The notes: generated from the letters alone by a model not told the origin. Positions 1 to 12,470 are shown, counted from the whole stretch's first letter. The stretch is 63,563 nt of DNA, filler included, from Choristocarpus tenellus KU-1152 (GCA_964200185.2; 10 parts of 10 records of this genome joined end to end with filler, not necessarily neighbours in it); one strand, 5' to 3'. Made by a program: numbers and translations.

Positions 1-3000
1 CCCCTTGCGACATCGTAAAAGGTCTATGCACTCCCTCTGTGTGATCTGCCCGTCATTCTCCTTCAGGTGATATATCACAGGGATTTAGAAAATTCCGTAG
101 TCTGCTTCAATGATGGCTACTACTGTCCCCCGAGGCATCTGAGTCTCACACCCTCTCACCTCCAGGCATTGTGCACCATGATGTTCTACATCGGGGTGTT
201 TGAGTCCTGACCCCGGACAAACTTCTGGGCTGAAGAATTGGAACTGACGGGTGATGACCGGATGAGAGCAAGCCGCTCGAAGAACAGGGGGCCTTTGTCC
301 TAGGCATCCCAATAAACACCCGCTTTGACAGTTTCACGAGGTTTTTGAACCCCATCAAATACGACTTGGTCGACTTTGCACAGGTGATCCTCCACAGCCA
401 TGACAGCCCACCATTTTAAACTTTGTACACCTCCCAATCCATATAATAACTAAGCCTCGTCCAGAGGGTTTATCAATGGATCGTTTCCGGGCGAAAACGG
501 AGCTAGCAGAAGTTGTGTTACATTTATTTCCGAACGGAGGAAGTAGCAGTATATTGTGGTTGTCCGGGTAAGGGCAATCGATAACATACAGCAGTAGTGG
601 AAGAACTCATTATTTCGGTATCTCATTATTGAGCTTTCGGAACTCTCATAGTAAAGAGCAGTTTAGAACAACAGAGGGGAATCTAGAATAGTGTATGTGG
701 GAAACAAGGAGTAAAGGTGGAGCAACTCCATCACTGGTAACCTGCTCAATTGCTCAACAACAGGCTAAGTAACTACTAAAACTTCACACCTCAGAAAACA
801 TCACAATCAAATATATATCAAAGCATAGTGTTTATTGTTCTGCATGACAAAGCATAGTCTGCACAACATCCATGGAACACAGAGCAAATAGCCAAGGTTG
901 TCCTTGATGATAGACAATATGGACAGAATTGACTCAAGGGTTTCCTGAGAACAGACAGTAGGGGGGAGATATGACCTTGGGCGCTGCGTTCTGGACGATG
1001 TATGTATTGTCACACAGATTGTTCCAAGTGTTATCCAGGACAACGGACATCATGAACCAAAAAGGATCCGAGAGTTTGATGGACAACTCACGTAAAGAAA
1101 GAGTACAACAGACATAATGTTTTTCCTTTCCAAATTATTTTTTGTTCTTCTGACAAATTTCTTTGATTTATCCCTCTATCTTCTTTTAAATATCAAAATA
1201 AAAATGGGAAAATGAAAAAAATACGGAAGTGAGCTGCTTTGAGGGAAAAGTGCTTAGCAATGGTCCAAAAGCTGTTCTGGACAATGGAGTAAAACTTAAA
1301 TATATATATATAGTGAAAAATTATCATGGAAGAAATATGTGATACGTATGTGAAGCATTCTAACCCGACTGGAGGTCTTGCAGACTAGTATCCTAGAGCA
1401 GAGTAAATCCAAGAGAATGAAAAGGAATGGTTATGTCTTGTTAAAAACAGGCGTAACGATGAAGTAAATCTAGATCTGGAATTATGTTGACAGGCACCTG
1501 TGTCCCCATGTGATTCAACAACACAACGGCATCAATACATGTTGCAAAAGAAAGTAATCTGATTTCCCTCATCTGGCGGAGTAACGCAACACCACTGCAC
1601 AGAAGAAACATACACTTTACTCATGGCCTTACTCAGGTAGATGACATCAACTTTGTAAGAGTATTGAAAGGGGGAAGAAGGGGGAATTCCTCTGTGGAGA
1701 AGTGGGGAAAGTGCATTATTCACTAGCATTCTTGCTTGATGTTACCACTTTGATCCAGCTTAGACATGCGTACCAGTTTTGCCTGTGTGTGTGTGTGAGG
1801 TAACTTTGTGTTTGCGCTCAGGAGGTGGCTACAGTCAGGCTGTTTCTAGAAAAAGATCTTGCCTTGGGATCCATTCACCAGGGTATAAATAAATGAAAAA
1901 CTCAAGCACAGCATCACTAGTAAGCACATATAATTTCAACAACAAATTTCTCAACTTTACCAAATGTGCGGTGTGGGGTATCTCTAGAAAAAAGAGGGAA
2001 ATATCCACTCAAGCAGTCCACCGCAGGCCAAAACAATTCTCAAAGAAATACAAGTAAAAATAAACCACCGAAATTTGATCCTTCAAGGGACTAGCTCGGT
2101 TCTCAGACACTACACAATTTGATGTGTGAGATGCATGTTATACAACATGAAACATATAGAGACAACGGTAAAGACTACAACTAGTTCCTGAAAAAAACTC
2201 CAATGGGATCAACAAAATCCCGATCTTTTCTCTTAAGATTGACCTCCAAAATTGCGTACAATTCCTTTGGAGGGATGTTGCAGGAAAGGCTGATTTATAG
2301 TTTCTAGTCCATGAATTAAGTATTTCATGTTACGATCCCATCAATACACAATACAGCTCCTGACCAACAGACCCAAATCTCTTAGCCTTTCCCACCAGCT
2401 CCTTCAACTTAATCCTCCTTTCATATAGTCTGGTCCTAACATGCACAGTAGGATCCATAGTACAAAATATAGCAAAACAATCGTGGACCTGACGATTTTG
2501 ACGCTAATCGAAGATTTACAGTGACTGAAAGTGGAGGTGTCATTGGCAATGCTGTTGATGTCAAAATGTATGCAACAATTATTTCCCTCTGATTCTTGCA
2601 ATAGATCAGCACAAATCAGGAGTGATGTATGATGGTTGGAGATGTCACATAGTCAGTGATCAGCACCCAGTACCCAGTACCCAGTACCAAAGGACCAAGT
2701 ATCCGATACCTAACATACAAGATACAACTAGGGTCATGAGTGGAGAGGCAATAGGCAACAGGCAACAGGGCCCTGCTGCTTGATTGGTGGGTGCCACTAC
2801 CCACATTTGCAGATGAGGCAATTCTGCAACGGGTTTGGGAATATGGAGGGTGGAGACTGGACTCTGGTGTCGAGTTCAGGTCAAGGTCAGTCTCCAACCC
2901 CCAACACTGAAGGGTGTGCTTTATATCACCCCATCATTCCCCTCTTCTAGGAAATAGCAACCAATACCAGTGTCCCTAAAAGGTTTCAGTCAGGTCCCTC

Positions 3001-3530
3001 ATCTGCACAGTGACCTTTGAGGCTTGCAATACTCTGCAGGTGGAGGGACTGTGGGCTGGTACTCCGTATCAGAGACTCTCTTCCCAATTCCACCTACACT
3101 ATCAATTTTATATGTTATGTCCGGGTACTACATAATATCATATGAGTGCCTCAGTACATGGCAGCAATACAACTAAGGGAACCTACGATCTATGATTGGT
3201 AAGGTAGTCTTGGTGTACCTCAGATACTGTAAGTAAATCCATCACCTTACTTCCTCAGCCTCCTCCCTGGGGTCCACCATCATCCAGATCTCTGGGTCCA
3301 GCCCCTGCATACATATCAACCTCCTCGAGGCCTCTGTCACCATCTCCACCTGAATCAATTGGTGAGGCGTAAATGTGAGAGAGTTTAATTCTTTACTCAG
3401 AGCTTAGGCATCTGAGATGCACAAGGAAATTTGCAAGATCCAGCTCGTCCTGGAAAAGAGCAACACGATTTTGGAGACAGTGCCAACATGTTGCTGGACC
3501 TCAGCTGGGACCAAAGTATCTGGGGAGATC

Positions 3531-3630
3531 NNNNNNNNNNNNNNNNNNNNNNNNNNNNNNNNNNNNNNNNNNNNTTAATTAATTAANNNNNNNNNNNNNN
3601 NNNNNNNNNNNNNNNNNNNNNNNNNNNNNN
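3531..3630. other. Artificial contig linker (N44-TTAATTAATTAA-N44)
   Basis: 100-nt spacer with stops in all six frames; identical copy recurs nine times. Confidence 0.99.
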
Positions 3631-4380
3631 AGGGAAGACTGAGGGGCGGTCGAATAGGCTTGTGACGCAGCCATCTAACTCCCCCGACCTCAATATCATG
3701 GACCTGTGCTTCTTCAGGTCTTTGAAATGGCGGGTGATGGGGGAGCGGTTTGGGTCCGTCCAGGAAATGGTAAAGGTCATTGAAAAACAGTATGAGTATG
3801 ATGAAACCACACTTGAGAGGGTTTGGCAGCTCCTTTTTGGGGTGTACAATCAAGTACTTAGATACAAAGGGGAGAATGACTTCAGTGTGGAGTGCACAGG
3901 GGTATGGAAGCGGTAGTTGTCTGGTGACCTTGAAAACACACCGAACGTAGACATGGAGTTTTTTTTCTGTGGCTGATAAAATTGTGATGGATGGGGAGTA
4001 ATAATAATAGAAAGAGCGGACCCTAACCAGAAATTCGTTAGGAATTCTAAATCTTCTTTCAGAAATGAATTTCATCAACATCTTCAAAAGTTATGGACAA
4101 TGCAACACAGACTTATTCAACGGAGGTAGTAGTAGAATTATAGAATCGAATAATGTCTTACATGCTTACGACAACTCTTACTTTTTCAGGGGTTCTGATA
4201 TTTGAATGGTTTTAATTGATTTTCATGATATATCTCTAAATGTTAACAGGGCACAATTGTGCAGAATAAGATGTTTTAGGTTTGAGAGTTCCAGCAACCC
4301 TTCATTGCCTGCACTCCATGGGGGAGTGAGCAAAATAGGACAATGGTGAGGTGTACCTTATTTTGTGCATGAGAGATGTA
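3631..4380 (+). mobile_element. Tc1/mariner DNA transposon, 3' end: transposase C-terminus (3631-3916) plus right TIR ending in TA at 4379-4380
   Basis: ORF TQPSNSPDLNIMDLCFFRSLK...TLERVWQLLFGVYNQVLRYKGENDF matches the plant/stramenopile mariner QPPNSPDLNxLDLGFF motif. The TIR-like sequence ...caaaataggacaatggtgaggtgtaccttattttgtgcatgagagatgta also recurs at 4906-4970 and 57586-57640. Confidence 0.85.
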
Positions 4381-5002
4381 ACTAATGAGATAGTACATGC
4401 GGATTGTGAATGGGATTACGTATGGTGTATTATTCTGCATTCAACTACTTTGACATAACCATTGACTTACGTATGAGACTAACAATAACAAACAAGCAAT
4501 ACAAGAAACCCCACAAAGGTCACTCTTCTAATTTCATCCATCCATTTTTTTCACATGTTCAGCACACCTTGTGAGGCTCCACACCTTCTTGTCTTCGCTA
4601 CTGATAAATAGCAATATCTTCAAAGGATATTTGCACATTATTCTAACCTGTGCAAATTACCTTGGGAGGTAATGCTATTTATCAGTAGTGAAGACAAGAA
4701 GGTGTGAAGCCTCACACCGTTCCCCATTGCTGAACATGATTACATGGTTGAAATTCGAAGAGTAACCTTTGTGGGGTATCTTCTCATTGCTTTATTATTA
4801 TTTTGTGCTTCCTGCCTAAGTCAACGGTTATGTCAAAGTAGTTGAATGCAGAATAAAAACCCATACATATTCCCATTCATAATCCGGATGTACTATCTCA
4901 TTAGTTACACCTCTCATACAGAAAAATAAGGTACACCTCACTATTGTCCTATTTTGCACACTCCCCCATGAGAGTGAAAGTAAAAATTGGTTGAACTCTC
5001 AC
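4283..5002. repeat. Long imperfect inverted repeat (fold-back), arms about 350 bp, 11-nt loop at 4638-4648
   Basis: Left arm attctgcattcaactactttgacataacc pairs with right arm ggttatgtcaaagtagttgaatgcagaat; the centre reads tttgcaca-ttattctaacc-tgtgcaaa. Confidence 0.92.
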
Positions 5003-5259
5003 ACACATCGAATTTATCCTGTCAATGCAGTAAAAGAACACTGACTGTTTCAACTCTAATGTATGCCATTCATCTAGTCAACACAATGTCTACGAAGTCT
5101 TGCACCTGCTCCTTTAGATGTACCAAAACAGTGATGTACAATCATGTCCCATGATGATTCCTCGCTTAGTATATGAGTGAAAATTTGGACCAGCACACTT
5201 CTGCTGTGTTTTTTTTGTTGGCCGTAGCACTCCCTCCCCCAGGCTTGAAACCTATAATA

Positions 5260-6900
5260 ATTGAATGTTTTGTACATCCTCCCGTTGAGTGAAGTTCTGT
5301 GCCACCAACCTGGCCTTGAACTGTTCAATGGTCCCCTCGGCTGTTGGCTTTATCTTAAATTCAGACTTAGTCTTGACAGGATTTCTTCCCCATGTCAAAA
5401 CCTCTCCCTCTATGAGTGTTCTCTTCATCTATTGTTGCTCCATCTTCTCCATTGCCGCTTGCCATTCTTGCGTGTCAGGCCCCTTGAGTGCCTCTGATAT
5501 AGAATATGGTTCTTGATGGTCTGGAGTATATTATTTACTCCCCAGATTTACAAGTCTTGTGCTGGCAGCCCTTTGCTGACAACCTTCCTATGTTTTTCTT
5601 TTCTGATTCCAACCCTGGTCCAGCTAATTCCTCCGCCTGTTTAGCTGGTGTTGCTTTCCTCTGGCGACAAACGATTTGAAGGTGTCCTTTATATCTCCAC
5701 AGTTTTAGCATGTTCCTTCGAAAGAACAAGTACCAATATGCTTGATCACTCCACAGTTAAAACATCTTCTATTGGTCCTGATCTCTTCTCTGGTAGGGGA
5801 TCCTGTCGTACCATGGTCCGTACGTTGACTAGTTGAACCTTGGCCGCCTCCTCCGCTGACCTTTTGTGTTCTCTTCCACGAGTATGTGACCCCAGCGGCT
5901 AGAGTGCTCCCAGGATCCCCACGGTTAGCTCCTCCTTTCCCTTCTGGCGGAGGCTTAGTTACTGCTCCTACTAATGTCCTGCTCCCCAAGTGGCAGGTAC
6001 AGCAATTGCTTTTCTCATTCTGTATGCAAGAATCTTGGATGTCCACATGTCCATTGGCACGAGCAGACCCTGGGTTTGGGAGGGGAAATGATGTCCTTGA
6101 GTGCCTTGCAGCCTTGTATGCCAGAGGATTGGTTGCGTCTTCTACTCTTAAGTGTTATGGGACAGCTTGTGAACAGTGGTCAGAGTTCTGTACATATAGA
6201 GGATTAGGTAGTCATCTCCTCTGCTTCTTTCTGCCTCATTCTCCTTGCTATATATTTTGTTGCCTTTTCAACAACAGACTTCCACAGTACGTGAGTAGAA
6301 GCAATGTGAGGTTGGTCAATCGCCATGCTGAACAGGCGTATATTGCGCATGCGGACAAAGTGTGGATGTCTACTGTTGAAAGGGCAACAAATTAAAGCGC
6401 AAAAAGAATGAGGCGGAAAGCAGCACAGGTCCGTCTGCAGAGCATCTACTACAACACATTGATATGTACCAAAGTTCAGGGATGCTAATTAAGCAATGTC
6501 TAGATTACTAGATTGGCCTGTATACCACAGTGAGCTAACACGACACATTGATACCGCAACAGTATCTAATTCCTCGGTCACAGGATCACTCAGGTACAAG
6601 TTGCTGCTGCAGCAAACGCAGTGGCGGTTGTAGTGAGTCCTGTTGGGGCACAAGGCATAGTCCGATACACAGGTGACCTGGCCAACCTGAGATTGGGAAA
6701 AAGAGACCACAATGTCGTGGAGGATTGTCTGGAAATTCTCCACCTAATCGCGATCTCTTTTCCCTAATCTCAAGTTGGCCAGGTCGATTTTGTATCAGAC
6801 CATATCTTGTGCCCCAGCAGGATTCAGTGCGACCGCCACTGCTTTTGCCTAGCCTTGGAGGTGGATGGCCCACATTACCATAACCTTCTGAGGTGTGTTG
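5260..6900 (-). mobile_element. Degenerate Ty1/copia LTR-retrotransposon relic (gag zinc knuckles, RT N-terminus)
   Basis: Minus strand 5515-5270 reads EPYSISEALKGPDTQEWQAAM...GRNPVKTKSEFKIKPTAEGTIEQFKARLVAQNFTQ (copia RT KARLVAQGFTQ motif). 5775-5690 reads RRCFNCGVIKHIGTC..GTCxNCG (CCHC-like). Stops and frameshifts throughout; the upstream limit is approximate. Confidence 0.8.
6030..6215 (+). mobile_element. Possible fragment of a tyrosine-recombinase (DIRS/Ngaro-like) retrotransposon, YR N-terminal domain
   Basis: LAALYARGLVASSTLKCYGTACEQWSEFCTYRGL resembles the STxxxYxxAWxxWxxFC pattern at the start of DIRS-type YRs; short and without catalytic residues. Confidence 0.45.
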
Positions 6901-7539
6901 GGGAAAGATCATTATTGTACGATGGATAGGCTAAGAAGTCTACAGGGCGCCTTTCTGTTTGTGGTTGAGTGGCGACTGTGTACCTATAGATGTAGTGAAA
7001 TATTGTCAAGTTACATCTTTTCTAGGTCGTTTGTGAACTCTCTTCGTATATCTTTCCTTTCTTTTTTGGGTAGTGAAATATAGCCCGAGGTGTATCAGCT
7101 GATGTGTGGCATTACTAATATGTTTGCTCTTTTGTTCTACTTCAAAATACTCCAAGGTAGTAGGCATTACTTTAAACCTACACTTGAAGCTGCTGACTGG
7201 TTCAGGGCTGCACATATTTATTGTGACGTGCTAGCTCTCAGTATATGATATAATGGCTACACGTATCTTTAGTAGAACATCTCCATACCAATAGTTTAGT
7301 GAGCGTTGCGAGCAAAAAATTGCTTCAACTCTGAATAACAGAAGTATATTTCTTACACAGTAGCCTTGAGTAGGAGTTCTTAACGTGCATGAGGGATTTG
7401 TATGGACCCGAGGGTTTTTCCTGGACTGGCAGAATAGTGGAGTAAGAATGGCCAGGAAGTCATGAAACTGGTATTGACACCTACACACTGCTCTTCCAGG
7501 GTGACCCTTCAACCCCTCACCGTCATTGTGATACTTACG

Positions 7540-8112
7540 ATGGCCGACCCTGGACACAACAACTCACAGGGAGACTTCGCCAGAGGTAGTGGCAGACGAG
7601 GAAAGATTCAGTGGGCAGTGGTGTGTGTTTACTCTATAATGGTTGCATGATGGTGGTACCCGTCCAGTAATTGTCGAAAAGTTGTTTTTGAACAACATGA
7701 AAATGGCGAAGGCCTTGTGTAAAAGGCATAGGTGATATAGGGGTGCTAACGGACTGTTTGCATACATTCTAATAAACTTTTGTTCTGCTTTCGTTAGCAC
7801 CCTTATCTCCATCTATGCTTTTTACGTAAGGCCTTCACAATTATCATGTTGTCCAAAACAACTTTTCCACAATTACTGGATTGGTGCGGCCATCATGCAA
7901 CTATTGTAAAGTAAACACTGTCCACTGAGTCGTCTGTCCTCCTTCTGTCACTAGCCCTAGCAACGTCTCCCTGTGAATTTTTGATTCCAGGACTGGCCAT
8001 TCTGCATGGTGGCGTTACCCAGCCAGTTACTGTTGAAGAGTTGTTCTTGTACAACATGAGAATAGTGAAGGCAGTTTGCATTCATCCTAAGAAACATCTG
8101 TTCTCCTTTCGG
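7540..8112. repeat. Inverted repeat 7540-8000 (arms about 210 bp, loop about 7754-7789) followed by a third, direct partial copy (8003-8112)
   Basis: gaaaagttgtttttgaacaacatgaaaatggcgaaggcctt pairs with aaggccttcacaattatcatgttgtccaaaacaacttttc; the direct copy reads gaagagttgttcttgtacaacatgagaatagtgaaggc. Confidence 0.88.
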
Positions 8113-8993
8113 ACATTTAGAAGAGAGGGTTGCAAGAAGGGTGAGGAACAGGCAAATTTTAGCAGAGTTTAGTAATTGAAACCTTGTTAAGAGGGGGTGG
8201 GGGGAGGGAGGATTGTGTGTACCGTTGTTGTTTGGTGATGCAGCAGAGTAGCACACGTGCCCCCAAAGTGGTGCATGTGTGGTGATATATACCTTACATC
8301 AAAGTAGACCTTAGTTAATGTGAGGTTTTTGCTTGGGTATGGACAGTGAGTGAAGGGGAAGATAGGACGTACATTCTAAACGTGCATTCTAACAGTGTTG
8401 ACATGGTGATGAATCAGAGTGGCACATGCCCTGAAGTGGTGCATGTGTTATCAGGAGTATTACAGAGCGTATGATATCATAGGAGGAAATGGTTGGTAGC
8501 ATATCATTTGTTCTCAGAGGAGTTGGAGCCAAAATGAGAGAGGATTTGCACTGATAGTGTTGGCTAGTTGTGCGACAAAGTGGCAGATACCTCTGAAGTT
8601 ATATATGTGAAGAACAGAGTACTGTTTGAATAGTGAAGACAGCAATAGTTGCTATGTTTATTGTGGTTCTAGAGTTCTTCTCACTAGAGACCTGCAACTG
8701 CAACCGGTGTATGATTACTATTGCACGAATTGATTCAGTGCTAGCATGTTTTATTGTTAATCATAGAAAATAACCACTAAGATGTATGCAGGGTTGCATT
8801 TAGAGGATGCCCGAGAAAGGCTAGGAATGTGCAAGTTTGTGTCAAAAAGAGTACCTTTGCTGAATAGTGTCGCTTTGTGTGTGGAAAGGGGAATATTGAT
8901 TTTGCGCACACCATTGTGCACATAAAGCAATGAAATAGATTGTATTGCACAGGGTAAGAAGGATGGCTTGAAATGCAAAAGGGTCCAAACCTG

Positions 8994-9173
8994 GGGCTCA
9001 AAGTATATGGGGGGGGTGGCGGCTGTCCATTTGGGGTCAATTTCTTCATGTCGCGATTTTTTTGTGATTTAGTTGCATACCTCGGATGGATTACAATGTA
9101 AATGCACTTTTCCTGATTTTGGCATATGGACACCCTGGTGTAGAGCCCCCCTACCCCCTCAGATACTTTGAGT
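8994..9173. mobile_element. MITE-like element with TIR (g)ctcaaagtat...atactttgagtc, related to the 10013 family
   Basis: ctcaaagtatatggggggggtgg / ccccctaccccctcagatactttgag inverted ends; internal gtccatttgggg shared with the 10013 element. Confidence 0.65.
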
Positions 9174-9244
9174 CTGCCTACCACTCAATTGGTTTGGCTC
9201 TCATGTTGCGCTTGTTGTGAATGTTGATAGGTTTTTGCTACCTT

Positions 9245-9531
9245 TGTTGCCAAGGAATGAGCCAAAGTAAACAAGAGGTACCAAGGTGTTGGTTGTTTTG
9301 CATTTTGAGTCATTTTTTTCGTATCTTTAGCAATTCACCCATAGTAGTATGGCTGAAGTTCTAAGTTTTACTTTAGAGGGTTGATTTCTCAATTGTTTGA
9401 AATTTTTCAACATAATTCAGAACATCCCCACCACCCACTTGTAAAAAAGCAAAATTTTGCACATATTTGTCAGCATTCTTAGAATGAAACTCTAGGTACC
9501 TCCTGCCTACTTTTGCTCACTGTCTAACAAC
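9245..9531. repeat. Element bounded by about 37-bp imperfect inverted repeats (MITE-like)
   Basis: gttgccaaggaatgagccaaagtaaacaagaggtacc vs ggtacctcctgcctacttttgctcactgtctaacaac. Confidence 0.5.
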
Positions 9532-9729
9532 GTTAATCGAAAATGATTTGAACAAAGTTCTAAACGGATATACCTTCTAATGAATTATGTACCTAATTTA
9601 ATTAAATTCTATGGTGATTTTGGGGTTCATTACACATGTGAATATTGGGCGTGGTGAAGGGGTGAATTCCTGGTAAAAGCAGAGGTGGGTTGTTGAGTCT
9701 ACTCAACCATACCACAATGGACGCCAATA

Positions 9730-9840
9730 CCAGACCTTCCCACCACTGGGCCCCATAGGTCCGAGGCATTGTCGATTACCAAAGCATCCCATTGGAACTT
9801 GATACTATTGGTTCTCTTGTACCCAGAGTATGTTGCAACG
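9730..9840 (-). mobile_element. PIF/Harbinger-ISL2EU (DDE_Tnp_4-like) transposase fragment
   Basis: YSGYKRTNSIKFQ...DLWGPVVGR matches the YSGYKxxxxLKFQ...LxGPxxGR motif of this family. Confidence 0.65.
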
Positions 9841-10012
9841 AATAAAAAAAATGACTTCTGACTTACAGTGGAGTCGCTGTATGCTATTGATACTTTTACT
9901 GTCCTTTGGAGTATGTACAATCGAACACATGCTTACTGACCTACACATTCGAATATATATATATATACACATAGCATTTTATTAGTGGAATGTACATACA
10001 GCTATTAGAGCC

Positions 10013-10260
10013 AAAGTATCTTAGAGGGTAGAGCCGCGTCCATTTGGGGGGTAAAATCCAATCTTGCGATTTTGTTGTAATTTTGGCTTCGTGTTTGTTA
10101 GGAAGTGTCAATATCATCGTTCCGGACACACCTTTTCATAACGTATGCATTTTGCCTACTCCGAAATTATTTGGAGTGGGAAAATGTAAAAAAAAACCCC
10201 GAGGGAAGCCAAGCCCCAAATGGACAAACAGGGCAAAACTCGTACCCTCTAAGATACTTT
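10013..10260. mobile_element. MITE, about 250 bp, TIR aaagtatcttagagggta/taccctctaagatacttt
   Basis: Perfect 18-bp terminal inverted repeat; full-length homologous copy at 35618-35862. Confidence 0.85.
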
Positions 10261-10669
10261 CACTCATTATTACAAAAGTTGCCACGATAATATGCACGAA
10301 TTCAGGAAGTGATCACAACCAAGCTCAGTCGTGAGGACCCTTGATACAAATAAGTTCAATAGTGATTTGTCCGACTCGTTAAACCTTCTCTAAAGCGCTG
10401 TTGAGGAAGGGGATATAACTATTCAATTATTGCCTCCTTCAGATGTCTCTGGTTACAGAAAAATTGATTAGAATGTAGGTGTTTGAAGGCACAATGGTTG
10501 TGGCATATACGGTACATATATATATTTATCAATTTCCAAGAAGTGTCAACGTGTCCCCGACGCACTATAATACGCTAATGACTGACATCGTAAAATGGAT
10601 TGTGGGGATGTGGGTACCATATCCAACCAAGTGTGATATATAGTATAATGACAGAAAGGTAGGGAGATA

Positions 10670-12470
10670 GTCATGCCTTCTACCATACCTTTCAATATCA
10701 ATCATTCGGTACATAAAGAAGACTTAGCATCTTCTGATACAAATAAAGTTTCCGAACTGATCAAAACCAGGAATCAATACTCAAGAGGGCCAACTCATTC
10801 AGTATTGCTATTGCAAGTTGGTGATAGTAGTGACATTGAGGTCTTCATGCTTTCGAAAAGTGGAGGGTTTGCAGTCACTGGTAGAGATGGAAGTGCCAGC
10901 AAGGACTCCAGAATCAATCCAACAAGAAGAGCCGTCTCTTCAAGTAAATCACCATTGCGCGGACCTCTAAAGGAACTGGGCTTCTCTATGATGCCGCTGT
11001 ATTTTATTTGAAGTAGACATGTTGTGTGGAGTTGTTTCCGTCAGAATAGGCAGTTGTAGATTCGTCAGCTACTGTAGTGCCTAGGAATATGTCCAATTTG
11101 TGATTTATGGCTTTGTCACCGAGGAACACTTGTGTCACAGAGAAGTTGACACCCCTGATGTGGCAACTGAAAAGCCTCCAGTTGTTCAATGCAACAGACT
11201 CCGAGAATGAACGACTTCCCCACTCCCTTCCCTGATACTCCCTGGTTCGTGACACAAAGGGTGTGTATAAGGGTGATGTGGAAGTAGCACGGAGCTTCTT
11301 CATCTCCCTTCATGGAAGAGCAGGAGGGTTGGAAAGTGTGAGGTATGAGGTGGAGTCACTCCTAATGACACTGAGGGAAAAATTGACCAAGGCTTGGTTA
11401 TCCTGGGTCGACCGATGTCCACACCTGGCAGAACTAACCCTGCTAAAGCAGGAAGGCCAATTACTTCTGTGAAGCATCTATCATACACCCTTCCTGGCAA
11501 ATGTTCAAAACTCACACGGCTGCTCACTGGAGGAGGGACATGAGGTCTATAACGTTCGACAGTAGTGCCTGGATGAGTCTTCTTGTATGGGCAAGGGTGT
11601 TTGCCCAGGGTTCGGGAGGTGGCGTATCTCCCGACTGAACGGTCAGAGTGACCTCCCTGTTTTCGGTGTCTCCATGTATCAACGAGACATACACTTGAAG
11701 GTGCTGGTAGGGACACAAGGTTGGAGTTGGGTGAGGTGATCTTGAGCCTGGAGGAGAAGACATCTCGAACGACGTACTCATTAGCAACCCTTGGACTCGT
11801 AGTTGAGCCCCATGAAGAGGTGATTGTAGCCTCCTTCCTCGCCTTCAACGCAAGCAAAGTTGGGGGATGGTAGATAGCACAAAAATGCAAGTGTTGAAGT
11901 TCGAAGTAGGTGTGCTACTTGTAGTTATTCTTGTGTTTTCTGCTATTACTAGCGCTTGAGTAGTCCTAGTGAGAAAGCAAACACTTTGTCAGCAGTATCA
12001 CTTTTGAGGCATCTGGTTTCCTTCTTCAGTCCCCAAGACTCGGAGACCGTGACCAATGATATGAATATGTTCGTCATGCGCTTTCGTCAATGCTCTTTAC
12101 AGCCCCTTTGCCCTGACCAACAAGTCTTTACTCAACTGGTGGTGGCGTTGGAGGTCAGCAAGATCTCTCGCTAGGGCTCCAATCCCTGATTACTTATGAA
12201 GTGCCTTATGCTAATCATCACATCTAACCTTCGTGTGAGATGTACAAAAGCACGGGCCATTTCAGGACGATATCTGGTGGGATGTGGCGTGGTGCCTTTT
12301 TACAATCAGACTTCACCCGTGTTAAAACATAGGCTACTCATCTGTTTGTTCCTTGATACGATACAGTTCCACAAGTCAACACTGACTGTTGACTGGTCTG
12401 TTACGTTCTGGACGTTACTTTCAATAGATCGTCATCACCAAATCAACTTCATTCAGAAATCATAAGCACA
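10670..12470 (+). mobile_element. Possible highly decayed retroelement (gag-like) relic
   Basis: Broken coding-like frames without splice structure (e.g. 11263-11472) in a TE-rich contig; no diagnostic motif seen. Confidence 0.25.

Noticed and set aside
860-3460. Exon-like minus-strand segments (e.g. 1594-1497 GVALLRQMREIRLLSFATCIDAVVLLNHMGTQ; about 3350-3250)
   Set aside because: Could not be joined into a consistent in-phase model or assigned to a family
3531-3630. Recurrent TTAATTAATTAA palindrome within N runs as a biological motif
   Set aside because: Identical 100-nt synthetic joiners; ORFs ending in XXXLIN are artefacts and genes on different contigs are not linked
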